DNA of 64,000 bases from a candidate division FCPU426 bacterium (GCA_963840035.1 CAWIXE010000002.1:704001-768000), one strand, 5' to 3'; positions 1 to 11,004 are shown, counted from the stretch's first letter. Notes: a model not told the origin generated them from the sequence alone. Translations and numbers: made by a program.

Positions 1-360
1 CGCGACAATAACGTGATTGATATGATAAAAGCACTTACTGAAAGGTTCAAAGGCATTGAAACAACCGCTTCAATACACCTTTTATCAGTCCCTGAGAACG
101 AGCCTTTTATAGAAGATAACGAAATTGCCATAGGCTCATTCATCTGCGCGCATGTAAAAGAGGGGTTCGCGTCGGACCATACCCTTATGCAGTCATATTA
201 TAACAGCGTCATGAAGATGTTTGAAGGCGAGTTTAAGGAAGTAAAGTCGCTTTCAAACGAAATACTGGACCTAAAGCACACAATAGATATAGAAATACGC
301 AGGATAAAACACCACAGGAAGCTCGAGGGCGACTGCGGGTATTTACACCCGAAAAACTAA
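1..360 (+). CDS. 3' end of a hypothetical protein (5'-truncated by the window edge)
   Basis: Frame is open from base 1 to TAA at 360; no recognisable motif. Confidence 0.6.
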   Translation, partial: RDNNVIDMIKALTERFKGIETTASIHLLSVPENEPFIEDNEIAIGSFICAHVKEGFASDHTLMQSYYNSVMKMFEGEFKEVKSLSNEILDLKHTIDIEIRRIKHHRKLEGDCGYLHPKN

Positions 361-442
361 TTTTCAATTTTAGATTTTCTATTTTCAATTTAAAACAAAA
401 CGCTTTTAATTGAAAATTGAAAATAGAAAATTCATAATCTGC
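359..442. repeat. Inverted pair of 7-bp-period arrays (AATTTTC-type / AATTGAA-type)
   Basis: aattttc aatttta gattttc tattttc ... aattgaa aattgaa aatagaa aattcat; closely similar element at 15497-15605. Confidence 0.8.
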
Positions 443-454
443 TTTTATGACCAT

Positions 455-483
455 TTGCTTTTCCCCCAATCCTTGTGTATAAT
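455..483 (+). promoter_or_regulatory. Sigma70-type promoter of the N-ATPase operon
   Basis: TTGCTT-17bp-TATAAT. Confidence 0.6.
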
Positions 484-549
484 TAGTTAGTACTGCCTGG
501 CCATACTATTCTAAACTTCTAAAAACCCCGTTAATTCATTTGCGTTTAA

Positions 550-1949
<1,400 letters not shown>

Positions 1950-1950
<1 letters not shown>

Positions 1951-2330
1951 TGCGCCTATCCATTTGCACTACATTTGAAGAAAGGGATATTGATAACGTA
2001 ATAAAGATAATCGCGGATGGCGCCGGAGGAAAATTCTGCATACTGCCGAAGCATATTGACATATGCAGGTCCCTTGAGCCGTGCGTCCTGGCGTATACGC
2101 TCTCATCCGCTGAAACTTTTTATACGGCAATTGACGAGGGGCTGCTCGTAAAAAAGGGTGATACCGTGCAGGTGGCAGTCAAACAGGCGGTTGAAGGAAA
2201 AGGTTTCGGAAGTTTAAGGGAGGCCGTGAAACTGAAATTGTCAACGCTTGATGACGAAGAAAAAAATACGCGCGCAGGGATAGCGAAGATCGAGGCCGAG
2301 TACGCGCGCAGGATAGCGGAGCTGAAATGA
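1950..2330 (+). CDS. atpC: N-type ATPase epsilon subunit
   Basis: GxFCILPKHID motif; position after atpD. Confidence 0.9.
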
Positions 2331-2710
2331 GCGGCGGGGATAAATTTTCGGAAGAGATAAATAAAAAAGAGGAAAGAGCGGTCAAGGCAAGGGAAAAAAG
2401 GGGCATGTCAACGCTTCAGTGGATAGGGATGCTCGGCATTATAGGCTGGTCTGTCACAATCCCCTTACTGTTGGGCGTTTTTATCGGAAAGTGGATAGAC
2501 GGTCATTATCCGGGTCCCCGTTCTTTCACTCTTATGTTCCTTTTTGCGGGGCTGGTTACGGGATGCTGGAACGCGTGGTATTGGGTACGAAAGGAAATAA
2601 AAAGAGTCACAAGACCCAAGACCCAGGACCCAAGTCAGGAGAGTCAAATCGTAGATCCCAAGTCACAAATCCCAAATGAAGGCAAAAACAATCAGGAGGG
2701 AGAAAAATGA
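2327..2710 (+). CDS. atpQ: N-ATPase AtpQ (AtpZ/AtpI-like membrane protein)
   Basis: GMLGIIGWSVTIP...GKWID...GCWNAWYWV; two TM helices; operon position. Confidence 0.88.
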   Translation: MSGGDKFSEEINKKEERAVKAREKRGMSTLQWIGMLGIIGWSVTIPLLLGVFIGKWIDGHYPGPRSFTLMFLFAGLVTGCWNAWYWVRKEIKRVTRPKTQDPSQESQIVDPKSQIPNEGKNNQEGEK

Positions 2711-2997
2711 TGGCTTTAAAGATTATCGGGTCATTACTTGGCGGCGCTGTTGCCGGAGCAGTGTATGTTTGCTTTTTGCATCTTGAGGTCAGAGGCCTTA
2801 CGAAAAGGGGCAGCAGGGGAATGAGTGTAATTATGGGATTTTTTACGCGGATATTTTTAAGCGGAGTCATATTTTACCTTTCCGCCTTAATATGCGGTAT
2901 AGCCGGCATTATATCCTGTACGGCCGGGTTTTTAATATCGCGGAACATAATGATAGGAAGGCTCAGCAGGGTGGCTGATAATGCAGATAAATCCTGA
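2707..2997 (+). CDS. atpR: N-ATPase AtpR subunit
   Basis: Small hydrophobic protein with the two membrane Arg (FFTR, GFLISR); lies between atpQ and atpB. Confidence 0.8.
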   Translation: MMALKIIGSLLGGAVAGAVYVCFLHLEVRGLTKRGSRGMSVIMGFFTRIFLSGVIFYLSALICGIAGIISCTAGFLISRNIMIGRLSRVADNADKS

Positions 2998-3676
2998 CAA
3001 AGTCATAATAGCAAATATAGGCGGGATAGCGCTTAATTCGACCATTGTAAACACGTGGGTGGTAATGGCGGTGCTGGTTACGATATCACTTATCGCGGCG
3101 AAAGGTTATAACACGGCCGGAAAGAACGCCAGGATGAAGGCCGTTATGGAAGAACTGATCATATTCGTCAGGACGCAGGTAAGGCAGATAACAGGCCAGG
3201 ATTATAATCCCATAATACCGTTCCTGGGGACGCTGCTGCTTTTCATATTTACAGCCAATGTGATGGAAGTTGTGCCTTTGTACCACCCTCCCACTTCCTC
3301 GCTTTCAACTACGGCGGCGCTGGCGGTATCCGTGTTTTTTGCGGTTCCTTTTTTTGGAGTAAAGAAAAACGGTCTCGTGCGCTTCCTCCGGGAATACACA
3401 GAACCGTCAATATTAATGCTGCCTTTTAACATATTGGGCGAAATGACGAGAACGGTATCGCTTTCAGTAAGGCTTTTCGGAAATATAATGAGCGAGACGC
3501 TGATCGCGGCTGTGCTGCTGCTTATTGTCCCGATTTTTGTTCCGGTCTTTATGCAGGTATTCAGCCTGTTAATAGGCACAGTCCAGGCTTACATATTTTT
3601 CACGCTCGCGTCAGTATATTTGGGCGCGTCAATTAACGTAAGAGAAAATATAAATCATGGGAAGGAGGTGCGTTAA
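2981..3676 (+). CDS. atpB: ATPase Fo subunit a
   Basis: PPTSSLST, SLSVRLFGN (essential Arg), QAYIF. Confidence 0.95.
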   Translation: MQINPDKVIIANIGGIALNSTIVNTWVVMAVLVTISLIAAKGYNTAGKNARMKAVMEELIIFVRTQVRQITGQDYNPIIPFLGTLLLFIFTANVMEVVPLYHPPTSSLSTTAALAVSVFFAVPFFGVKKNGLVRFLREYTEPSILMLPFNILGEMTRTVSLSVRLFGNIMSETLIAAVLLLIVPIFVPVFMQVFSLLIGTVQAYIFFTLASVYLGASINVRENINHGKEVR

Positions 3677-3955
3677 ATGGATAACATAACAATTATTGCG
3701 GTTACATCGATTATTACCGCGGGGGCAACGATCGCCATCGGCGTAATGATGCCCGCAATCGGGGAAATGAACGCGATTGCCAAGGCATTGGAAGCCATTG
3801 CCCAACAGCCGGACGAGGCTGACACGCTTTCCAGGAATTTGTTTGTTGGAATCGCGATGATAGAATCGCTGGCGATTTACTGCCTGGTAATTTCAATTAT
3901 TCTTATTTTTACAAACCCGTTCTGGAGTTATATCATAGCTCACGGAGGCAAGTGA
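3677..3955 (+). CDS. atpE: ATPase Fo subunit c (N-type, Glu in both helices)
   Basis: PAIGE...AQQP...MIESLAIY, NPFW tail. Confidence 0.95.
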   Translation: MDNITIIAVTSIITAGATIAIGVMMPAIGEMNAIAKALEAIAQQPDEADTLSRNLFVGIAMIESLAIYCLVISIILIFTNPFWSYIIAHGGK

Positions 3956-3956
3956 C

Positions 3957-4733
3957 ATGGAACTGGATCTATTTACATTCAGCGCGCAGGTCATCAATTT
4001 CATAATACTTGTCGCGCTGCTTAACAGGTTCCTTTTCAAACCTGTCATTAAAGCGGTGGATGAAAGGGAAAAGAGGATGGCTGACCTGTCCGTGGAAGCG
4101 GCCAGGAAGCTGGATGAAGCTGCGCGCCTGGAGTCACAAAATCTGGAGCTTCTGCAAAAAAACAGGGCAGGTACTGAAAGCCTCATGGCTGCGGCCAAGC
4201 GCGAAGCTGATGAAAGCAGGCAGCGGCTGATTTCCACGGCAAAAAGCGATTCTGACACCATGAGGGCGGCGTATGAGCGTTCCATATCAGATGACAGGTC
4301 GGCTTTGACAGGTTTGATGCTAAAAAAAAGCGCGGAGCTGGCCACACAGGCTGCCGCAAAGGCCTTAATTGACCTGGCGGAAAGCTCTTTGGATGAAAAG
4401 ATAACGCTAAAATTCCTGTCAATGATCGGGTCCATGGATGACGCGGCGCGCAAAGCCCTGAAAACGGCGCTGGAAAAATCAGCGGACGGTGTGATTGTGG
4501 CATGTTCGTATGAAATAGTCGCGGCGTATAAGGATAAAATCATAGATTCGATACGATTGGCTTCCGGATATTCTGGAAATGTTATCTTTGAAAATGACGC
4601 GTTTATTCACGGGATAGAGCTCAGGGCCGGCGGCTATAAAACATCGTGGACTTTTGAAGGGTTTACATCCGCGATGGAAGCGATAATAAACCCTGTATTT
4701 GAAAATATAACAGGCGGTAAAAAAAGTGGATGA
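3957..4733 (+). CDS. atpF: ATPase subunit b with delta-like C-terminal extension
   Basis: [10 protein letters not shown]...FLFKP TM start, coiled coil, C-terminal GIELRAGG; no separate atpH in the operon. Confidence 0.9.
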   Translation: MELDLFTFSAQVINFIILVALLNRFLFKPVIKAVDEREKRMADLSVEAARKLDEAARLESQNLELLQKNRAGTESLMAAAKREADESRQRLISTAKSDSDTMRAAYERSISDDRSALTGLMLKKSAELATQAAAKALIDLAESSLDEKITLKFLSMIGSMDDAARKALKTALEKSADGVIVACSYEIVAAYKDKIIDSIRLASGYSGNVIFENDAFIHGIELRAGGYKTSWTFEGFTSAMEAIINPVFENITGGKKSG

Positions 4734-6264
4734 GATAAAAAATCTGCAGGCGCAAAAAGCCATCACAGACGCGTTCCGGGCGGCCGGCGCGGCCCTGGAA
4801 AGTTCAAAGTACGCGCTTGAAATAAGCGAGACAGGTATTGTTACCAAAAGCGGCAGGGGTGTTGCGAAGGTAAGCGGCCTGCCCGGCGCGGGTTCTGAAG
4901 AGATGCTTATATTTAATGGCGGCGCCGCAGGCATGGTATTTAACCTTGAGCCGGACAGCCTTGATGTGATACTGCTCGACAGCGGTGAGGTCATAAGCGC
5001 GGGAACTGAAGTCAGACGCACGGGGCGTGTCATGGATGTTCCGGTGGGTGAGGAGTTATTGGGAAGAGTCATTAACCCGCTGGGTTTACCGCTTGATAAA
5101 GGCGGCCAGATAGAGGTTAATAAGCGCCTTCCCATCGAAAGGCCCGCCCCTGCCATCATAGACAGGGAGCCCGTGGAAAGACCGCTTCAGACCGGTATCC
5201 TGGCCGTGGACGCGCTGATACCCGTCGGAAAGGGGCAGAGGGAGCTTATTATAGGGGACAGGCAAACCGGAAAGACAGCCATGGCGCTTGATACAATAAT
5301 TAATCAGAAAGGAAAGGATGTTATATGCGTTTACTGTTCCATAGGTCAGCAGAGCTCTGGGACGGCGAGGCTCATTGATAACCTCAAAAAATATGGCGCA
5401 ATGCCATATACAATAGTGGTCGCCGCGACCGGGGATGATACGCCGGGTATGAATTACATTGCTCCGTACGCCGCAACCACAATGGCGGAGTATTTCATGG
5501 AAAAGGGCAAAGACGTGCTTATTATTTACGATGACCTGAGCAGGCACGCGCGTTCATACAGGGAACTCTCGCTGTTAATGCGCAGGCCGCCGGCAAGGGA
5601 GGCTTATCCCGGTGATATTTTTTACATTCATTCAAGGCTTCTGGAACGCTCCACACACCTTGTAAAATCAAAAAACGGGGGCTCCCTTACCGCGCTTCCG
5701 ATCGTTGAGACAGAAGCTCAGAACATCGCCGCCTACATACCAACAAACCTTGTATCCATAACAGACGGACAGATATACTTATCGCCAAAACTCCAGCAGG
5801 ACGCCATAATGCCCGCGGTGGACGTTGGAAAGTCGGTATCGCGTGTAGGCGGCCAGGCACAGATAAACGCCTATAGGGACATAGCAGGCGATCTGAGGCT
5901 CCTGTATACACAGTTTGAGGAGCTTGAAGTATTCGAGCGGTTCTCAACCCGGCTCGACCAGTCCACAAAGGACTCGCTTGAGCGCGGACACCGGATAAGG
6001 GAAGTGTTGAAACAGGCTCAGTACGCGCCCGCGGATGTTTTTTCCCAGATAACGGTGCTGTTATGCGTGACATCAGGTGTTTTTGACGCCGTACCCGCAG
6101 GTAAAACAGGCGAAGCCGCGGCAATAATCATGAAGCTCGCGCTCACATCCATGCCCGTGTACAGGCAAAACGCTGAAAATGGCCTTAAGTTATCGCCTGA
6201 AGAAAAAAACGATATAAAAAGGATATCGGCGGAATCAATAAAACACCTGGCCACGGGGGTGTAA
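4726..6264 (+). CDS. atpA: N-type ATPase alpha subunit
   Basis: [29 protein letters not shown]. Confidence 0.97.
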   Translation: MDEIKNLQAQKAITDAFRAAGAALESSKYALEISETGIVTKSGRGVAKVSGLPGAGSEEMLIFNGGAAGMVFNLEPDSLDVILLDSGEVISAGTEVRRTGRVMDVPVGEELLGRVINPLGLPLDKGGQIEVNKRLPIERPAPAIIDREPVERPLQTGILAVDALIPVGKGQRELIIGDRQTGKTAMALDTIINQKGKDVICVYCSIGQQSSGTARLIDNLKKYGAMPYTIVVAATGDDTPGMNYIAPYAATTMAEYFMEKGKDVLIIYDDLSRHARSYRELSLLMRRPPAREAYPGDIFYIHSRLLERSTHLVKSKNGGSLTALPIVETEAQNIAAYIPTNLVSITDGQIYLSPKLQQDAIMPAVDVGKSVSRVGGQAQINAYRDIAGDLRLLYTQFEELEVFERFSTRLDQSTKDSLERGHRIREVLKQAQYAPADVFSQITVLLCVTSGVFDAVPAGKTGEAAAIIMKLALTSMPVYRQNAENGLKLSPEEKNDIKRISAESIKHLATGV

Positions 6265-6265
6265 A

Positions 6266-7156
6266 GTGGAATCAATGGAAATCCTGAAAAGAAAGATAAA
6301 AGGGGCTCAGTCATTGCATTCCATAACAAGGACCATGAAAATACTCGCGGCAGTATCCCTGAGGCAGTATGAAAAAACACTCAGGGCAATAAACGGTTAC
6401 AATGACATTATAGAAAAGGGTTTCACTGTAGCGATGCGGTCCCTTGATGACGGGGATATTTTTACGCAAAAAATGAGTGGATTGGATATTTCTAAGTCAG
6501 CAATCGCGGTTTTCGGAACTGATCTTGGCATGTGCGGCCGTTTCAATGATCAAATAGCTGAATTTGTTTCTACAAAGGTCAAGGCGGGGAATTTTAGCAA
6601 GCCGGAAATCATGATAATAGGGGAAAAACTTGCGAATAAAATGGACGATGCCGGCCTTAAGGCCGGATCTGTACTTGATTTTCCGTCAGGCATATCATCG
6701 GGTCTGACGCCGCTTTTGAATTCGATCACAATAATACTCCAGGATTGGTACCTTAAAAACGGCATTAACAGGATACTTCTGGCATACAACAGCCCTGAAA
6801 TCGGCGGGTTCAGTTATGCTCCAAAAATAGTCGAGATACTTCCGCTTGGGACAGGATTTATGGACGGATTAAGAAAACAGGAGTGGAAATCAAATTCGCT
6901 TCCTGTAATAAAAGAGGATTTCAGTGCGCTTTTTGACAAGCTCATACTTCAATATATTTACATTAATCTGCGCGCTGCAATTGCCGCCTCGATAACCAGT
7001 GAGAACGCGGCGAGACTTTCGGCCATGCAGGCAGCCGAAAAAAATATCGAAGAGCACCTTGACAATCTGAACCTTGAATATAACCAGGAACGCCAGAACA
7101 TGATAACCTCGGAAATACTCGACATAATAGCCGGTTTTGAAACGGTTACTGCTTAA
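6266..7156 (+). CDS. atpG: N-type ATPase gamma subunit
   Basis: ITRTMK, GMCGRFN, SENAARLSAMQAA, RQNMITSEI. Confidence 0.95.
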   Translation: MESMEILKRKIKGAQSLHSITRTMKILAAVSLRQYEKTLRAINGYNDIIEKGFTVAMRSLDDGDIFTQKMSGLDISKSAIAVFGTDLGMCGRFNDQIAEFVSTKVKAGNFSKPEIMIIGEKLANKMDDAGLKAGSVLDFPSGISSGLTPLLNSITIILQDWYLKNGINRILLAYNSPEIGGFSYAPKIVEILPLGTGFMDGLRKQEWKSNSLPVIKEDFSALFDKLILQYIYINLRAAIAASITSENAARLSAMQAAEKNIEEHLDNLNLEYNQERQNMITSEILDIIAGFETVTA

Positions 7157-7168
7157 ATAACTAAAAAC

Positions 7169-7197
7169 TTGACTTCCGGTCGGGAGCCTGCTATAAT
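7169..7197 (+). promoter_or_regulatory. Sigma70-type promoter
   Basis: TTGACT-17bp-TATAAT. Confidence 0.75.
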
Positions 7198-7239
7198 CCT
7201 ACTAAAGAGATAGCAATTAAACCGACACTGGAGGATTAA

Positions 7240-8043
7240 ATGAAAAAAACATGGGTGGTTTATTTAGTTGCAGTTTTTTTAACAGCGTCATTATTGTCAT
7301 TTACCGGCTGCGGCTCGAGTCCGTCAGCGCCCGCTGACCCAACACCGGTGCCGACAGTCAGCGTTACAGGGAACCTTAACCTTCCAGGCGCGCAGAATGG
7401 AAAGGCATTTAAAGTATCCTATTACAGCTCGCTATCCGATTTAAGCAACCCTGTAAACTCTCTTTCCGGCACATGCGGCGCATCTGCAACAGTGCCGTAT
7501 TCGCTCACAGTAAGCGCCGGCAGTTATTACATCACGGCGGTAGTTGACGTGGACAGCAATACGTTTTTCTTTTCACCCAACGCGGGCGATTACCTGGGAG
7601 TGTACGGTACGACATGGCCGGTATGGCCGGGTTCAAAGAACGCGGCAGTGTCATCAGGAAGTTCTTCATTTGACGTTAATCTTGTCACCGCTTCAAATAA
7701 CCTCTCAGGCACTATTACAATACCGGCGGACCAGGCAGGAAAGCAATATTGGGTGCTGGTTGACCAGGATACAAACGGCGGAAATTCAAATTACGCCGCC
7801 CTGCAGATGGGGAACCTGCCTTCAGGCACGGCAATACCTTTTGCTGTAGTTGTAATGGTGCCGGGAACATACTATCTTTACGGCGGAGTTAATATGGATT
7901 CAAGCGGGCCGCCCGTTACGGGGGATTACATCGGTTTTTACGGGGTTTCATCGCCTCCATATTATAATTCACCAGCATCACCGAACCTTACCATAGATGT
8001 GGCAGCGTCTGATGTAAAAAATTTCTCTGAAAGCATTTATTGA
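7240..8043 (+). CDS. Lipoprotein with two internally repeated beta-sandwich-like domains
   Basis: Lipobox LSFTG-C; repeats GxYY...DxDS...GDYxGxYG. Confidence 0.75.
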   Translation: MKKTWVVYLVAVFLTASLLSFTGCGSSPSAPADPTPVPTVSVTGNLNLPGAQNGKAFKVSYYSSLSDLSNPVNSLSGTCGASATVPYSLTVSAGSYYITAVVDVDSNTFFFSPNAGDYLGVYGTTWPVWPGSKNAAVSSGSSSFDVNLVTASNNLSGTITIPADQAGKQYWVLVDQDTNGGNSNYAALQMGNLPSGTAIPFAVVVMVPGTYYLYGGVNMDSSGPPVTGDYIGFYGVSSPPYYNSPASPNLTIDVAASDVKNFSESIY

Positions 8044-8079
8044 TTTAAATAATACCGGCAAGTATAACCGGAGGTGTGT

Positions 8080-8376
8080 ATGGCTAAAATGAATTGCTGG
8101 GAGTTTAAGAAGTGCGGAAGGCAGTATGGCGGGGAAAAATCAAAAGAACTGGGAGTTTGTCCCGCGGCTTTAAGCAACAGGTTTGACAAGATACACGGCG
8201 GCTCGAAAAGCGGCAGGGCATGCTGGGTACTTGCGGGGACCCTGTGCGGAGGAGTAGTGCAGGGAACATTCGCGCATAAAATGGGTAATTGCATGGCCTG
8301 TGAGTTCTATAAACTGGTAAGAAATGAAGAAGGCAAGGAATTTGTAATGTCCTCAGTTCTTCTAAATCATAAATAG
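8080..8376 (+). CDS. Two-CW domain protein (Cys-rich, putative metal-binding)
   Basis: NCWEFKKCGR...CPA...GRACW...GTLC...CMAC; GGAGG RBS before ATG 8080. Confidence 0.8.
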   Translation: MAKMNCWEFKKCGRQYGGEKSKELGVCPAALSNRFDKIHGGSKSGRACWVLAGTLCGGVVQGTFAHKMGNCMACEFYKLVRNEEGKEFVMSSVLLNHK

Positions 8377-8396
8377 GCTCAGGAGGTGGCAGAAGG

Positions 8397-8696
8397 ATGG
8401 TTAAAATTAACTGCTGGGAGTTTAAGAAGTGCGGAAGGCAGCCGGGCGGGGAAAATGTGGCGGATTTTGGATTGTGCGCCGCTGCAACAACTGAAATCAT
8501 GGACGGAGTGCATGGCGGCGTAAAAGCAGGCAGGGCTTGCTTTGCGGTGGTTGGTACGCCGTGTGGTGAATTAAAAACAGCTGAGAATGCGACACACGGA
8601 ACGCATAACTGCATATCCTGCAGTTTTTATCATATGCTTAAGAACGAAGAAGGGCAGGAATTTATAACGGCCAGGGATTTATTGGCGTTGTATTAG
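8397..8696 (+). CDS. Two-CW domain protein, tandem paralog
   Basis: NCWEFKKCGR...GRACF...GTPC...CISC; shares 30 identical nt (tgctgggagtttaagaagtgcggaaggcag) with the upstream gene. Confidence 0.8.
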   Translation: MVKINCWEFKKCGRQPGGENVADFGLCAAATTEIMDGVHGGVKAGRACFAVVGTPCGELKTAENATHGTHNCISCSFYHMLKNEEGQEFITARDLLALY

Positions 8697-8707
8697 TAAT
8701 CATTTTT

Positions 8708-8820
8708 TCGTAGGGGCGAGCCGGTGGCTCGCCCGGGTTTAGATCTAAGGCTCCGGGTTTAGATCTAAGGCTTCCGGGTTTAGATCTAAGGCCGGGCGAG
8801 CCACCGGCTCGCCCCTACGA
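8708..8820. repeat. GTAG-type REP doublet (REPIN) enclosing 3 tandem 19-bp units
   Basis: Perfect 29-bp IR TCGTAGGGGCGAGCCGGTGGCTCGCCCGG; CCGGGTTTAGATCTAAGGC x3. Confidence 0.88.
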
Positions 8821-8890
8821 ATAACAAAAACAGTGTAAAACAAAACAGAAATATAAAAAATCAAACACAACATAAAGCTTATAAAAATCA

Positions 8891-8922
8891 AAAAAGGGCG
8901 ATGAATTTTCATCGCCCTTTTT
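8891..8922. terminator. Bidirectional intrinsic terminator
   Basis: AAAAAGGGCGATGAA-TT-TTCATCGCCCTTTTT between convergent units. Confidence 0.85.
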
Positions 8923-9019
8923 CTTTGTGCGCAAAAGGGGAATTGCTTATAAAAGCATAATTACCAATAGAGACAGAAAGACATAAGCCGTTAAGCGTTT
9001 AACAAAAACGGCAAAAAAT

Positions 9020-9209
9020 TTAGAGCGACAGGTAAAGTTTCATCAGCATTGAGTCAAATTTCGCCCCGTGTGAACGGCCTTCCGCTTTTTCAAACCTGGC
9101 GTATGCCTTTGATTTGTTCAGCAGTTCCAGGTGCTCCCGGCCGGGTCTGAGCCCTTCGTAATTATCAGTGTCGGAGAGCTTCAGTGAGAACTTCTTCTTT
9201 CGGTGTCAT
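9020..9209 (-). pseudogene. Probable gene remnant downstream of the Xre gene
   Basis: Strong AGGAGG RBS and ATG at 9209, but stop after 14 codons (MTPKEEVLTEALRH); a shifted frame stays open to 9020. Confidence 0.4.
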
Positions 9210-9396
9210 TTTTTTTCCTCCTTTTTCCCTCGATCATTTTCTTTATATGGTATGACTGTATCTGGTTAGGTTCATTTCTGTCCTTAAACCACCGGTTAAC
9301 GGTACAAAAGGCGACATCAAGGTCGTCAGCCAGCTTTGCCTGTGAGATCTTATTTTCCAGCCTGTATTTTTCAAGTTCTTTCACAATATTCTTCAT
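9181..9396 (-). CDS. Xre/Cro-type helix-turn-helix regulator (leaderless)
   Basis: YRLENKISQAKLADDLDVAFCTVNRW HTH_3 pattern. Confidence 0.88.
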   Translation of the reverse strand: MKNIVKELEKYRLENKISQAKLADDLDVAFCTVNRWFKDRNEPNQIQSYHIKKMIEGKRRKKNDTERRSSH

Positions 9397-9431
9397 ATAG
9401 CAAAGTATAGCATATTATAGCATTATGTCAA
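9397..9431 (-). promoter_or_regulatory. Promoter for a leaderless transcript, with direct-repeat operator
   Basis: Minus strand TTGACA-16bp-TATACT (TGn-extended)-7nt-ATG; ATAATGCTAT x2 plus TTTGCTAT. Confidence 0.7.
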
Positions 9432-9459
9432 GAGCGAATTAACGATTAAATTAGATGTT

Positions 9460-9576
9460 AATTACCAATGACTAATTACTAATTACCAATTATGGTGTGC
9501 GGTGCACTTAATATAATAAAATGCGAAGAGCGAAGCGATGAGCGTTTCATTTATTTGTAATTGGTAATTAGTAATT
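9460..9576. repeat. Inverted 7-bp-period arrays (AATTACC/AATTACT) with a GCGAAGCG-containing core
   Basis: aattacc aatgact aattact aattacc ... gtaattg gtaatta gtaatt. Confidence 0.75.
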
Positions 9577-9669
9577 TAAGCAGTTGTTTTAAATGGCTGT
9601 TTTAAACTGTTGTTATTGCAATGCGCGTCAAAAGTGATATAATATTTAAAAATACGATCCGGAGGGAAT

Positions 9670-10593
9670 ATGAAAAGAACAATTATATTGTTTGTTGCGG
9701 CTGTTTTTTTGTCGGTATCAGTATATGCTTACGAATATACAAGGACTTCTGACTTCATCCTTTTAGACAGCTCCTCGGCTGCGGCAGCGCTTTCCGGCGC
9801 CTGCTCGGCGAAAAGGGGGGATGGATCGCTTTTTACATATAACCCGGCGGCATCTGACCCGGATAAAACAGCGCAGCTTGATTTTACTTATACGGACAAT
9901 ACATCTTTAAAAATAAGCGGGACATATACCCGCCTGGCAATGAAAATGGGCGGCGGAAACTTTGGAGCGGGTTATTTAATGAACAGGCAGGTATTTAAGA
10001 AAAAGGGCGAAAGGCGCAATATGGGCTTCATATTTAATTACAGCCAGGAAATAATGAGTTATACGAATGCCGGCGCTTCAATTAAAGTTATGTATTCGGA
10101 TTATATGAAGGAAAGCGCGTATTTGATAGGGCTTGACCTTGGCGTTAATTATTCGCTTGATGATTCTATAAACCTGGCATTTACCGCGATGGATCTGGGC
10201 GTGCCGGCCATAGGCGCGGAAAAAGGTTCGTATTTTGAGGATGAAGTGCTTCCTGCGCGCGTTGTAATAGCTGCTGATTGGAAGGCTGTAAATGATAATG
10301 TAAACAGGTTGTCGCTCAGCGCTGACGCGGGTTTTAAATTTTATGGTTTCGCGCCATATCTGCTTACGGGTATTGAATACGTTTATTTAAATCAGTTTTA
10401 TATCAGGGCAGGGAATAGGCTTGAAAGGGTGGAGGATGAAAATTTGATCATGGATTATTTAAGCGCCGGCCTGGGAATAAATTTTGATTTATACGGAGTC
10501 ATGTTTAATATGAATTATTCATATGTCCCAAAAGTGTCGGGTCCGGGTGAATTTGGAGAAAGTCACATAATTGAAATAAAAGCCAGTTTTTAA
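9670..10593 (+). CDS. PorV/PorQ-like (UPF0164/FadL-like) outer-membrane beta-barrel
   Basis: Signal peptide, AAALSGA...YNPA N-terminal motif, amphipathic strands, DLG/LP/RAG motifs, terminal Phe. Confidence 0.7.
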   Translation: MKRTIILFVAAVFLSVSVYAYEYTRTSDFILLDSSSAAAALSGACSAKRGDGSLFTYNPAASDPDKTAQLDFTYTDNTSLKISGTYTRLAMKMGGGNFGAGYLMNRQVFKKKGERRNMGFIFNYSQEIMSYTNAGASIKVMYSDYMKESAYLIGLDLGVNYSLDDSINLAFTAMDLGVPAIGAEKGSYFEDEVLPARVVIAADWKAVNDNVNRLSLSADAGFKFYGFAPYLLTGIEYVYLNQFYIRAGNRLERVEDENLIMDYLSAGLGINFDLYGVMFNMNYSYVPKVSGPGEFGESHIIEIKASF

Positions 10594-10892
10594 AGACCTA
10601 AATAACCGACCAAGGGTTCTAAATAACATATATTTAAAACACGAAAAATCCGATTTGTTTTATATACTACTACTTTTGTTAGAAAAGCATCGTAAAACTA
10701 CCGTGTTTATTGAATAATATCATTGAGAACAACAAACCGACCATATCAAGACTTACAGTTCTAACAATAAGAAAATCTTCACAATGTATTCGGCTTGCAG
10801 AAAGTTGAGGTTTCATAATTTGAAATTATTATTTCAAGGCTGTCTAAAAATGGCTATAAATTACAGGTTAAAAATTATTTGTAAAAATTTTG

Positions 10893-10921
10893 TTGACAAA
10901 AACACAAAAATTTTGTATATT
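10893..10921 (+). promoter_or_regulatory. Sigma70-type promoter of the hydrogenase operon
   Basis: TTGACA-17bp-TATATT. Confidence 0.75.
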
Positions 10922-11004
10922 CACTTTAGGGCAGAGGAGTTATATCGATATGGTAGTTTGAAAGGGAGAGCAGAAACGTCGGCTCTCATTTTTATTTAGG
11001 TTTA

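Noticed and set aside
8733..8792. Possible mini CRISPR array (3 x 19 bp)
   Set aside because: Units are separated by only 1-2 nt, there are no spacers and no cas genes; it is the interior of a REPIN
8925..9015. Possible small RNA with two hairpins next to the terminator
   Set aside because: Weak stems, no promoter or family motif recognised
10677..10767. TTGTTAGAA / TTCTAACAA inverted pair as MITE ends
   Set aside because: Only 9 bp in AT-rich DNA and no target duplication seen
10784..10999. 71-aa ORF upstream of the hydrogenase
   Set aside because: No RBS, spans the promoter, no recognisable motif
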